The notes beneath the pieces are model-generated. The model was given only the letters and a program-made list of their open reading frames with translations. It was not told the origin of the DNA and did no database searches. 64,000 nucleotides of DNA from an uncultured Acidobacteriota bacterium (lineage in GTDB: Bacteria; Acidobacteriota; Thermoanaerobaculia; Gp7-AA8), in the NCBI GenBank assembly GCA_963822445.1, contig CAWGHO010000002.1:1952001-2016000 (forward strand). Direction: 5' to 3'. The position numbers and the translations under genes were made by a program. Below, piece by piece: positions 55,196 through 64,000 of the stretch (position 1 is the first letter of the stretch; every line of letters starts with the position of its first letter).

Positions 55196-56967
55196 CCGTA
55201 CGGGTCTTCATGGAAGAAGTGGTCCGGCTGATCGCGAAACCGCGCGTCGAGCCGCTCCGCGCCGGGCGGCATAAGCTGAAGGCGGATGCTCTCCCCCGCG
55301 TAGGCGATCGTGTGCCTGCCGCGGCGTAAGTGCAGGACCGTGCCGACAGGAACGCGCCGGCCATTCACGGTTACTTCGGTTGGAAGGGGGCCCTGTTTTG
55401 CTGGACGAATCTTGAGGCCGAGCTCCTTGAGGCGAAAGACCGGTATCGGCATGAGCGGGTCGGGATAGACGCGATAGTGACCGTCGTATTTGAGCTCGAA
55501 TGTGCCCGGCCAGACGCGCGGTGCGTAGACGTAAATGTGACCCCAGAGATGGTCGTACTGGTCGCGCAGGTAGATGCGCAGCGGCGGCGAAATGCGATTG
55601 ACCATGTAGGTCCGCACGAGAAACTTCAGGTTCGACTGATGCAGCGTTTCCGCGACCGCGTAATGCCATGACTTGGGCGCAGCGAGCAAAGCGAACGGCG
55701 TGCGGTGATCGAAAACACGAAGCGCCGTCGTAACTTCGGGCCGCGAGTACAGCAGCTGGATCGCGGCGAAGTAACCGTCATTCCGTCCGAGCAGCATCTC
55801 CAGCGCATTGAGCGTTCGGCGTTGGGCGGCGCCATTGGCCGCGTAGAAGGACCAGGGCACGCGTATCAACGAAAGAAGGATGACACCGATATAGACCGCG
55901 CGCGCGATCGGTAGGAGCCGTCGTCGATCAGGGCGTGTCAGGAATCGATGCAACATCTCCATGGTCACGATCGAGACGACGAAGAGCGTCGGAAGGATGA
56001 GCACGAAGGAGTATGGCCACGGCTGCTTGAGCAGGATCACGGCGGCGAGGATTGCCGCGCCAAAGCCGAGGACGATTGCGTCGCGACGAGCCCCTGTTCG
56101 CAGCGACCGAACCAGCACCGCCAGGCCGGCGACTGTCCCTAACCATAAACCGGGATCGCGTGAGATCACCTGCGGCCAGTAACGTTCTCGCAGGCTCACC
56201 TTCAGTTCGGGAAGCTCGTCCTGGGCGACGCGCAGGGCGCTGAGAAACGTCGTATCGAAAATGGTTTTGAGCGGTGCGACGAGCGAAAACAGGGCAAAGT
56301 ACGCTACGAGCGGCGCCAGTGCACCTGCGGCAAATGCAAAAGCGGCGCGGGAGCCGCGGCGGATGTCGCGGCTCTGAATGATCCACAGCACGATGGCCAC
56401 GCCGCCGGCCACCGGGTAGAAAGCGCCTTTCTGGGAGACGAGAAAACTGAGGCCCGACAGCAGGCCGGCTGCGGCGTGACGCTGCTCCAGCAACAGCAGC
56501 AAGGCGATGAACCCGCAGATGCCAGTGAGCATGTCCACGCGCAGCTCGGCGCTGCGCTCGAGGAACGTCGATGTCGAGAGAAAGACCCCGAGCGCGAGAA
56601 GGATGGCCTTGCGCTCGAAGTGGCGGGGCAAGACGCGTACGGCGTAAAGAAGCGTGAGCGTGACGAGCAGCGCCGCCTGCAGCTTCACGAGGATCATCCC
56701 GGTCCACGTCGACGGTGCGATGGCGACGAGCGGCGCCTGGATGGCGTATCCGAGGATGGTTTTGTACGGCTGGTAGTCGCGGTACGGCATCTGGTGCGCG
56801 ACCTGCCACGCCGCGACGGCGCCGTGGAATTCATCCTCGATGAGCGGTCGATGGAGGACGTACGCGATTTCGATCAGGAGATAGGCGACGCAGATCGCGA
56901 TGGCGATCTTGTGGTACTGCCGGCCGTCGAATGATGACTCCGCGTCAGTCGTCGATTGGGAATGCAT
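55189..56967 (-). CDS. GT-C-like multi-pass membrane protein
   Basis: EDEFH after TM1, PYRDY, ELRVD, SQKG; multiple TM segments and soluble tail. Confidence 0.65.
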   Translation of the reverse strand: MHSQSTTDAESSFDGRQYHKIAIAICVAYLLIEIAYVLHRPLIEDEFHGAVAAWQVAHQMPYRDYQPYKTILGYAIQAPLVAIAPSTWTGMILVKLQAALLVTLTLLYAVRVLPRHFERKAILLALGVFLSTSTFLERSAELRVDMLTGICGFIALLLLLEQRHAAAGLLSGLSFLVSQKGAFYPVAGGVAIVLWIIQSRDIRRGSRAAFAFAAGALAPLVAYFALFSLVAPLKTIFDTTFLSALRVAQDELPELKVSLRERYWPQVISRDPGLWLGTVAGLAVLVRSLRTGARRDAIVLGFGAAILAAVILLKQPWPYSFVLILPTLFVVSIVTMEMLHRFLTRPDRRRLLPIARAVYIGVILLSLIRVPWSFYAANGAAQRRTLNALEMLLGRNDGYFAAIQLLYSRPEVTTALRVFDHRTPFALLAAPKSWHYAVAETLHQSNLKFLVRTYMVNRISPPLRIYLRDQYDHLWGHIYVYAPRVWPGTFELKYDGHYRVYPDPLMPIPVFRLKELGLKIRPAKQGPLPTEVTVNGRRVPVGTVLHLRRGRHTIAYAGESIRLQLMPPGAERLDARFRDQPDHFFHEDPYGY

Positions 56968-56999
56968 TCGATTGTGCGTGAGGGACCGGCGCCATCATA

Positions 57000-57815
57000 T
57001 CAACCGCTGCCGAGAACGAGCTTGCGGAACATCCAGTGAATCAACCTCGGAGGCAGCGGAAGCAACACGATGAGCATGAGGATGCTGAAAGCGATCCCGG
57101 GCGTCAGTTCGTAACCGTAGTGCCGAAGGGCGTGGATCTTCAGACGGAGCGTGTCGCGCAGCGCGATCTTCAATCGCAGGTTTTTCCCCGACTCCTCGTG
57201 GATGCGATACGAAATCAACGCCTCGGGAAAGTTGTAGAACCTGCCATGCCGCGCGAGCCGCAACCAGAGGTCGTAATCTTCGGCCCACGGGAATTCATCG
57301 GTGTAGCCGCCGGCTGCGATCAGCGCGTCGCGCCGGGCCATCGTCGATGGCTGGGCGATGCAATTCATTCTCAATAGCGTGCGCTTGATCTCGTCGTCGT
57401 ACTCCGGATACTTGCGAAACCCGACCTCATTGGAATCGGCATCGACGAGGCGCAACGCCGATCCGACCAGAACGTGATCCGGATGTTCGCGGAGGAACGC
57501 GATCTGTTTCTCGAACCGTCCCGGCTCGCAGTAGTCATCGGCATCGATCATGGCGAACAGCTCGCCGCGCGCTTCCGCGAGGCCACGCTCGCGCGAGCGG
57601 GCGATGCCCTGACGCGTCTGATTGATGATCCGGATTCGCGGGTCACGGAACGTCGCGACGATGCGCTCGCTCTCGGCGGGATCGCCGTCATTGATGATCA
57701 GGAATTCGAATTCGCCGAACGACTGGGCGAGAGTTGTGGCGATGGCCTGATCGAGGTGGCGGCGGTCGACCTTGTAGAACGTCGTGAAGACCGTCAGTGG
57801 TGGGTTAGCGGCCAT
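57000..57815 (-). CDS. GT2 family glycosyltransferase
   Basis: IINDG, IDADD, AEDYDLWLR. Confidence 0.9.
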   Translation of the reverse strand: MAANPPLTVFTTFYKVDRRHLDQAIATTLAQSFGEFEFLIINDGDPAESERIVATFRDPRIRIINQTRQGIARSRERGLAEARGELFAMIDADDYCEPGRFEKQIAFLREHPDHVLVGSALRLVDADSNEVGFRKYPEYDDEIKRTLLRMNCIAQPSTMARRDALIAAGGYTDEFPWAEDYDLWLRLARHGRFYNFPEALISYRIHEESGKNLRLKIALRDTLRLKIHALRHYGYELTPGIAFSILMLIVLLPLPPRLIHWMFRKLVLGSG

Positions 57816-58791
57816 ATCCCGACGAACGATAGATGGTCTCGACCACTTCCAGCGCCGCACGCGCGTCGTCGAGATTGGCGGCGGGCCGCCGGCGCTGCGC
57901 AATGTCGTCGATCAACTCCGCCATCTCCAGTTCCCACGAACGATCGTTGCGGGGGTACTCCCACGCCGTCGTTTCCGGCGGGCCCATCTCCGGCAGCATG
58001 CGGTAGTGGGTGATGCGCTCGATCCCGTAACTGCCGCCGAGGCCCTCGATCTGGATCTTGCCGGTGCGACCGTAGATCTCGAACGAGAAGATGTTCTTCC
58101 ATTCGGTGCAGCTGACGTGCAGGAACGCAATGCGGCGCGCGCTCGTGGTGAGCGTCATGAAGGCGTTGTCGTCCACCGGCATGTCCCAGAAAAACGTGCG
58201 GGCGACGCCGTCGACGCCGGTGAAATCGCCAAGGAACCAGCGGGCCAGATCGATGAGATGCACGCCCTGATCGATGAGCTCTCCGCCACCGGAAAGTGCC
58301 GGGTTCGCGCGCCATTCCTTTTCGTATCCCAGGCGGCCGCCATGGCCGTAGCGTCCGCGGACGAACATCAGTTCCCCGACGGCGCCGGCATCGACCAGCT
58401 CGCGTGCCTTGATAAGCGCGGGATGGTAGCGATGGTTGAACCCGGCGCGAACGCGAACGTCGTGTGTCCGCTCGAGTGCGATGAGGCGCTCGATCTCCGC
58501 AACGGATCGACCACCCGGTTTCTCGAGGAGCACATGCTTGCCGGCCTGGATGGCGGCGGCGGCAATCTCCGCGAGGGCCTCGTTCGTTGTCGCGACCACG
58601 ACGGCGTCGACGCCATCGTGATCGAGAATCTCGCGCCAGTCGCGCGCCAGCTTGGCGCCGGTCGCCGAGGCGAGAGCGATCGCGCGATCGAGGTTGGCGT
58701 CGGCGCAGGCAATCAACCTCGCACCGGCGAGCGCGCCGGCGCGCCTCGCGCCGATCACCCCGCAGCCGATGATGCCGACGCCCAGCGTCAA
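57805..58791 (-). CDS. Gfo/Idh/MocA oxidoreductase
   Basis: GIIGCGVIG, VLLEKP, GFNHRYHP, DQGVH; TTG start overlapping upstream TGA. Confidence 0.88.
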   Translation of the reverse strand: MTLGVGIIGCGVIGARRAGALAGARLIACADANLDRAIALASATGAKLARDWREILDHDGVDAVVVATTNEALAEIAAAAIQAGKHVLLEKPGGRSVAEIERLIALERTHDVRVRAGFNHRYHPALIKARELVDAGAVGELMFVRGRYGHGGRLGYEKEWRANPALSGGGELIDQGVHLIDLARWFLGDFTGVDGVARTFFWDMPVDDNAFMTLTTSARRIAFLHVSCTEWKNIFSFEIYGRTGKIQIEGLGGSYGIERITHYRMLPEMGPPETTAWEYPRNDRSWELEMAELIDDIAQRRRPAANLDDARAALEVVETIYRSSGYGR

Positions 58792-59633
58792 CGCGAGCCC
58801 CAGTCCGGCACCACACGCCGGAGTGTGTAAATGTCGCTGCCACGCATCTCTTCGGCGCGCGAGGGGAGCTCGCGCCAGGGATCCCATGGCGCGCTGATGA
58901 GCTTTCCGGTGATCCCATCGCTCTCTGCCGAAGCGAGGAAGACGGCACAGGCGGCCGCCTCCTCGATGGACTGCCCCCCCGACGTCTGTTGCGCGAGCGC
59001 GCGGGCGTAGACCTCTTCGCCCACGCGCTCGGGTCCGGCTGTCAGCACGTCGTCGAGAAGACGTGTGTTCAGCGCGCCGGGCGCCAGGGCGTTGACCGAG
59101 ATGCGATGTTCCTTCAGTTCTTCGGCGATCGTTTCGGCGAAACGGACGGATGCCGCCTTTGACGCGGCGTAGGCGGACATGCGCGGCATCGGTTTGGTCG
59201 CGCCGCCGCCCGAGATCTGGATGATCTTTCCGTAGCCGCGGCGCTTCATGTGTGGCACCACGGCGCGGCAAAGCAGGACTGAACCGAGCAGGTTCACTTC
59301 GATCGCGGCGCGCCATTCATCCCAATCCGTCTCTTCGAACGGGCCCTTCGGCCCGTGGATGCCGGCGTTGTTGACGAGGACGTCGACACCGCCGAATGCG
59401 CTCACGGCCTCCGCGACGAGCGATTCGACGTCGTCCGGGCTGGCGACGTTGGCGCGGACAGCGAGGACGTCGCTGCCGAGGACGCGCCTTGCCTCCTGGA
59501 GTGAAGCCTCGTCGCGGCCGCAGATGGCGATGCGTGCACCCTCTGCGGCGAAGGCCTGGGCGATGGCCAACCCGAGTCCCTGAGAGCCGCCAGTGATGAT
59601 CGCGGCACGACCTTCCAGCCTCAGTTGCTTCAA
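58788..59633 (-). CDS. SDR family oxidoreductase
   Basis: TGGSQGLG, NNAG, YAASK. Confidence 0.9.
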   Translation of the reverse strand: MKQLRLEGRAAIITGGSQGLGLAIAQAFAAEGARIAICGRDEASLQEARRVLGSDVLAVRANVASPDDVESLVAEAVSAFGGVDVLVNNAGIHGPKGPFEETDWDEWRAAIEVNLLGSVLLCRAVVPHMKRRGYGKIIQISGGGATKPMPRMSAYAASKAASVRFAETIAEELKEHRISVNALAPGALNTRLLDDVLTAGPERVGEEVYARALAQQTSGGQSIEEAAACAVFLASAESDGITGKLISAPWDPWRELPSRAEEMRGSDIYTLRRVVPDWGSR

Positions 59634-59644
59634 GGCGGGCGATC

Positions 59645-60592
59645 TTAGCGCGAAGGGCTGGCCGTCTGCAGGTAGGTCAGGGTGCGCAGCACGGCCTCGC
59701 GGATCGACAGCGACGGCTTCCAACCGAGGCCGCGGATGCGGCTGCAGTCGAGAAAGATGAACGGGTTATCGCCGACCCATCCGCGCGAGCCGCCGCTGTA
59801 GGTCAGGCGTGGGCTGATGCCGAGCGCTTCGGTGATCCATCCCACCGAGTCGTTGACCTCGCAGTACTCGTCGGTGCCGAGGTTGAAGATGTTCACCTTC
59901 TGAGCCGCGTTGTCCAGCGCCAGAAGCATGGCGTCGATGCAGTCCTGAACGTAGAGGTACGACTTCTTCTGATGCCCGTCGCCGAGGATGTGCAGCTCGC
60001 CGGGGCTCTCGCGCAGCTTGCGATAGAAGTCGAAGACATGTCCGTGCGTGTATCGCTCACCGAGAATCGAGACGAACCGGAAAATGAAGCCCTGAAACCC
60101 GTAGGCCTCGCAATGGGCCTCGATCAACCCCTCGCCAGCCAGTTTTGACGAGGCATAGAAGGACGTCTGCACCGGAAAGGGAGCGTCTTCCGGTGTCGGG
60201 ATGACGCCGGCTTCGCCGTACACCGATCCGGTCGACGAGAACGCGATGCGGCGGACGCCGTTGTTGCGCATCGCTTCGAGGACGTTGAACGTGGCGATCG
60301 TGTTCTGTTCCAGGTCACGTCGCGGATCGAGTGCGCCGAAGCGGACGTCGGCATTTGCGGCGAGATGAAAGACGATCTCGCAGCCGCGCATCGCTTCGGT
60401 GAGGGCGGCAGTGTCGAGCGTGTCGCCACGGACGATCCTGGCGCGCGGCGAGGTCCGGGCGGAGGTGAGGAAATCCTCGCGACCGGTGGAGAAATTGTCG
60501 TAAATGACGACCTCGTCGCCGCGCTCGAGCAGACGGTCGGTGAGGTTGCTTCCGATGAAGCCGGCGCCTCCGGTGATGAAGATCCTGGTCAT
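59645..60592 (-). CDS. NAD-dependent nucleotide-sugar epimerase/dehydratase
   Basis: TGGAGFIGS, HLAA, SSTGSVYG, YASSK. Confidence 0.9.
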   Translation of the reverse strand: MTRIFITGGAGFIGSNLTDRLLERGDEVVIYDNFSTGREDFLTSARTSPRARIVRGDTLDTAALTEAMRGCEIVFHLAANADVRFGALDPRRDLEQNTIATFNVLEAMRNNGVRRIAFSSTGSVYGEAGVIPTPEDAPFPVQTSFYASSKLAGEGLIEAHCEAYGFQGFIFRFVSILGERYTHGHVFDFYRKLRESPGELHILGDGHQKKSYLYVQDCIDAMLLALDNAAQKVNIFNLGTDEYCEVNDSVGWITEALGISPRLTYSGGSRGWVGDNPFIFLDCSRIRGLGWKPSLSIREAVLRTLTYLQTASPSR

Positions 60593-60643
60593 TACGGACG
60601 GCGAGCGAGTATACGGGAAGCTTCTGCTACTCTGCGCTCCTTC

Positions 60644-62503
60644 ATGCTCATCGTGCTGTCGGTGCTCGCGTTCCTGTTCTTTGGATGGGAGAGCGCGAGA
60701 GTTCTGGCGCGCAAGCATGAGAGCGGCCCATTCGAGCATGCCACGTGGGCGGCCGTCATCGCCGTAGCGTTATGGCTGGGAAGCGTCTGGGCTCTGGCGC
60801 TGGCTAAGCTGATGATCCCGTGGGTGCTGTTGACGCGCAGCGCCGTCGTGGCCGTCCTGGCGGTCGTCATGCGGCGGCGTTGGGGCGGCCACAAACCGCC
60901 CGCCGTTGCTCCCAAATACCTGCTTCTGCTAGCACCCATCGCGCTCTGGATGGTCTTCGTGATGTGGCGAGGGACGATCATTCCGCCGCTGACGCACGAC
61001 GCGCTGGCGTACCACCTCCCGAAGGCGGTCATGTATGCGCGCGCCGGCGGTTTCGAGGTTTTAGAAGCGCTCGATCCGCGCATTCGCGACATTCCGGCAA
61101 GCTACGAGATGCTGCTCGCCGAGAGTCTTGTCCTCGAAGGGAACGACGACCTGACCGAATGGCATAGCACGCTGTTCTATCTCTTGTTCGCCGTGGCGGC
61201 GGGGGCGCTTGCCGAGCGTTGGTGGCGCGGACGGGAGCTGGGTGCAGCGGCGGCATGTCTCCTGACCGCGGGCGTGCCGGTGGTGCTCCTCGGCAGCGGA
61301 CTGCACAAGAACGATCTGATGATCGGGTGGGCGGTCGTGGCGGCACTGGTGGCGGCGGGACGATGGCTCACTACCGGAGAGCGATTCTCGCTCCTGCTGT
61401 CGATCACCGCCTTCGCCATCGCGGTGGGGACCAAGCCCCAGGGGGGATTGCTGGCGCTGGCGATCACACCGTTCCTGGCGTGGCGCTGGTGGCGGATGCC
61501 GCGGAGATGGCGCGAGCTCGCGATCGCCGTGCCCTTCGCGGTCGCGGCGTTTTTTCTGCTGGGCGGCGTCGTTTACGTCACCACGCCGCCGACTACCGGA
61601 CAAACGCCGATCGTGTACGGCGACTGGAGCAATCTCTGGCAAGGGCCCTGGGTGCTGCTCGCGGCGCCGTTCTCGCCGAACCCATTCGCGTTGCGGGTGC
61701 CGTGGGAAACGACGTCCTGGTTCTGGCGCAAGTACGAGATCTATTTCTCGCACGCGGGCGTGCCGTTCGTCCTCTGCGCATTGGCCCTGCCGCTCGTTCT
61801 CGCGCGGATCCGTGGTTCGGAAGGCCCGGCGTTCGAGAGGATCGCCGTGACAGTCGCAAGCGTCATCACGGTTGCGATCATGCTTCCGGTGGTCTTCACG
61901 CCGCACGGTCTCTACACAGTGTCCCTGCCGCGCTACGTGGTGTTCCTCTACCCCGTCGCGTTCGCGGCGGTGATTCCGGCAATGACGATGCGTGCGGGGC
62001 GTGGTGTCGTGGTCGGTTCGCTGGTCGTCTTCGTCTGGTACGCGATCGAGAACGGCACGCGGGACACGTTCGTCCCGCCCCGATACCTGAAGTATGCGAT
62101 CGAGCATCGTGGCACGCGGGTCGTGGCCTTCGAACCGAATCGGGCCGCAAGCGTGCTCGATCGCGCGGCGGGACCGCACGAAACGGTCGCCTTCGACGCC
62201 GGGTTCGGCTCGTGGCTGCATCCGGCGTTCGGCCGCGAGCTGACGCGTAAGCTGGTGGTGATCCCGCAGGACGGCGCGATTCCTGATGAGGCGGATTGGG
62301 TGGTGGTGGACCGCGCCTGGAGCATCATCTGGGGCCATCCCGACCTTCGCGATCTCAGCCAGACGCGCTATCTTCTCGGGCGAGGTTGGCCGCTCCCGGA
62401 GGACCTGCGCGTCGTGCACGCGCTTCGCCGCGACGAGCGCTTCGAGACGGTGTTCTACAATCCGAGGATCAACCAGGCCGTCTTCCGTCGCGTCCACAAA
62501 TGA
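60644..62503 (+). CDS. GT-C-like multi-pass membrane protein
   Basis: HDALAYHLP, KNDL, GTK motifs; many TM segments. Confidence 0.65.
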   Translation: MLIVLSVLAFLFFGWESARVLARKHESGPFEHATWAAVIAVALWLGSVWALALAKLMIPWVLLTRSAVVAVLAVVMRRRWGGHKPPAVAPKYLLLLAPIALWMVFVMWRGTIIPPLTHDALAYHLPKAVMYARAGGFEVLEALDPRIRDIPASYEMLLAESLVLEGNDDLTEWHSTLFYLLFAVAAGALAERWWRGRELGAAAACLLTAGVPVVLLGSGLHKNDLMIGWAVVAALVAAGRWLTTGERFSLLLSITAFAIAVGTKPQGGLLALAITPFLAWRWWRMPRRWRELAIAVPFAVAAFFLLGGVVYVTTPPTTGQTPIVYGDWSNLWQGPWVLLAAPFSPNPFALRVPWETTSWFWRKYEIYFSHAGVPFVLCALALPLVLARIRGSEGPAFERIAVTVASVITVAIMLPVVFTPHGLYTVSLPRYVVFLYPVAFAAVIPAMTMRAGRGVVVGSLVVFVWYAIENGTRDTFVPPRYLKYAIEHRGTRVVAFEPNRAASVLDRAAGPHETVAFDAGFGSWLHPAFGRELTRKLVVIPQDGAIPDEADWVVVDRAWSIIWGHPDLRDLSQTRYLLGRGWPLPEDLRVVHALRRDERFETVFYNPRINQAVFRRVHK

Positions 62504-63177
62504 GCACTCGGGTATTCATTGTCGTTCCCGCCTACAACGAGGCGGCAGCCATAGGCGCGGTGGTGCGCACCGTGCGCAAAGTCTGGACGAACGTGGTCGT
62601 GGTGGATGACGGCTCGGCCGACGAGACTGCAGCGGAGGCGCGCGGGGCCGGCGCGACCGTCCTGCGCCACATCTTCAACCGCGGTCAGGGTGCTGCGCTG
62701 CAGACCGGGATCGACTACAGCCTGCGGCGCGGCGCGGACGTCATCGTCACATTCGACGCCGACGGCCAGCATCGTGTCGAGGACGTACGAAAGCTCCTCG
62801 ACGCGCTCTCCGTCAGCGGTGCCGACATCGCCATCGGCTCGCGCTTCCTTGGAAGCCCGAAGAACATCCCCATCCTCCGCCGGGCAGTGCTCCGCATCGC
62901 CACGGTCTTCATGCGCTTCACTTCCGGCGTCCCGCTGACCGACGCGCACAATGGACTCCGCGCATTCACCGCGTCGGCGGCGCGGCGGATTCACATCACA
63001 CTCGACGGCATGGCTCACGCGAGCGAGATCGTCGACCAGATCTACTGGAATGACCTCGAGGTAGTCGAAGTGCCGGTCGTCATCGAGTACACGGAATACT
63101 CGCGCACGAAAGGACAGTCTGGATTCGCCGCGATCCGCATTGCGTTCGACTATCTGCTCAAGCGATGGCTACGTTGA
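62500..63177 (+). CDS. GT2 polyprenol-phosphate glycosyltransferase (DPM1/PpgS/GacI-like)
   Basis: VPAYNE, VDDGS, NRGQGAAL, FDADGQH, GSRF, TDAHNGLR. Confidence 0.9.
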   Translation: MSTRVFIVVPAYNEAAAIGAVVRTVRKVWTNVVVVDDGSADETAAEARGAGATVLRHIFNRGQGAALQTGIDYSLRRGADVIVTFDADGQHRVEDVRKLLDALSVSGADIAIGSRFLGSPKNIPILRRAVLRIATVFMRFTSGVPLTDAHNGLRAFTASAARRIHITLDGMAHASEIVDQIYWNDLEVVEVPVVIEYTEYSRTKGQSGFAAIRIAFDYLLKRWLR

Positions 63178-63563
63178 CCACCTTCCAGCTGATCGTCCTG
63201 CCGTTCATCGCCCTCGTGATCGTGGTGACTGGAATCGCGACGGCGCGCAATCGCATCGGGCGCCGCACCGGCGTGGCCTGGATCGTCCTGTGGCTTGCCG
63301 CCGCGATCTTCATCGCCCGACCCGACTATCTGGTGACGCTGGCGAACCTCCTCGGCATCGGACGAGGGGCCGATCTCGCGCTCTACGCGTCGATCCTTTT
63401 CACGTTCGCAGGATTCTTCGTGCTGTACCTGCGATACAGGCGGGTCACGGAACAGCTCACTGCCATCGTCCGGCACCTGGCCATTGCCGAGGCCGAGCGG
63501 AAAGCCGAGAAAGCCGACGCGCCGGCCGAGGCGTTGTCTCGAGAACAGACCGAAACGTGCTGA
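63165..63563 (+). CDS. DUF2304 membrane protein
   Basis: 3 TM segments, LLGIGRGADL motif, coupled to the GT2 gene. Confidence 0.85.
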   Translation: MATLTTFQLIVLPFIALVIVVTGIATARNRIGRRTGVAWIVLWLAAAIFIARPDYLVTLANLLGIGRGADLALYASILFTFAGFFVLYLRYRRVTEQLTAIVRHLAIAEAERKAEKADAPAEALSREQTETC

Positions 63564-64000
63564 AGAATTTTTTCACCAACCTGTACGCCGCGGCGTCGAA
63601 CCTCAACCGCGCCAACATCACCGCGTTACTGCGGCGGGGGAGCGGCGGGAAACCGGTCGAGCGGTTGCTCGATCTCGGCTGTGACGACGGCGTGTGGAGC
63701 CTCAATCTCGCTCGGGCGACCGGCGCCGCCGAGGTGCACGGCGTGGAGATCGTCCCCGAGGCGGCGGAAAAGGCGGAAGCGCTGGGAGTACGCGTGTGGA
63801 GGCTCAATCTCAACGCGAAGCTGGACGAGCTGCCGAGCAACCACTATGACCTCATCCACGCCAACCAGGTCATCGAGCACGTGACGAACGTCGACATGTT
63901 CGTTTCGGAGGTCTACCGTCTGCTGAAGCCGGGGGGCTATGCCGTGATCAGCACCGAGAACGGAAGCAGCTGGCACAACGTCTTCGCCGCGATCATGGGG
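63557..64000 (+). CDS. Class I SAM-dependent methyltransferase (runs off window end)
   Basis: Own translation from GTG 63557: LLDLGCDDG, ANQVIEHV, LLKPGG; missing from the ORF track because there is no stop in the window. Confidence 0.85.
   Translation, partial: MLKNFFTNLYAAASNLNRANITALLRRGSGGKPVERLLDLGCDDGVWSLNLARATGAAEVHGVEIVPEAAEKAEALGVRVWRLNLNAKLDELPSNHYDLIHANQVIEHVTNVDMFVSEVYRLLKPGGYAVISTENGSSWHNVFAAIMG

Noticed and set aside
60881-60905. Possible degenerate REP inside the membrane protein gene (GGHKPPA)
   Set aside because: Short imperfect GC palindrome without a clear GTAG end; not distinguishable from chance

Overview
GC-rich bacterial chromosomal segment. The 16S rRNA and gene content (Oar-type TonB receptor, stand-alone SWIB) suggest Acidobacteriota, possibly Thermoanaerobaculia-like; this is inference, no database search was run. 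It is mostly housekeeping and accessory metabolism. Main contents: a pepN/HipA-like kinase/DUF3037/hydrolase operon; an amine or amino-acid catabolic operon (permease, SolA-like oxidase); a TonB receptor; hup plus a GNAT; a PAS-PAS-DUF4388-Ada-Zn protein; an OPT transporter; trmJ; glgP; a tipA-like MerR regulator; gluQ; cstA; SWIB; thrABC; a compact classical menaquinone cluster with split menD; a complete rrn operon (16S-tRNA-Ile-tRNA-Ala-23S-5S); and a surface glycosylation locus with three GT-C-like proteins, a flippase and a GT2/DUF2304 pair. No CRISPR array, prophage or transposase was seen. Several genes (OPT, glgP, thrA, menH/A/C/E) carry single-base indels that look like assembly errors. 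Best leads: the PAS-DUF4388-Ada protein, the HipA-like kinase/DUF3037 pair, the split and streamlined men cluster, the GT-C glycosylation system, pervasive leaderless-type promoters, and several REP-like repeats. None is proven novel from sequence alone.
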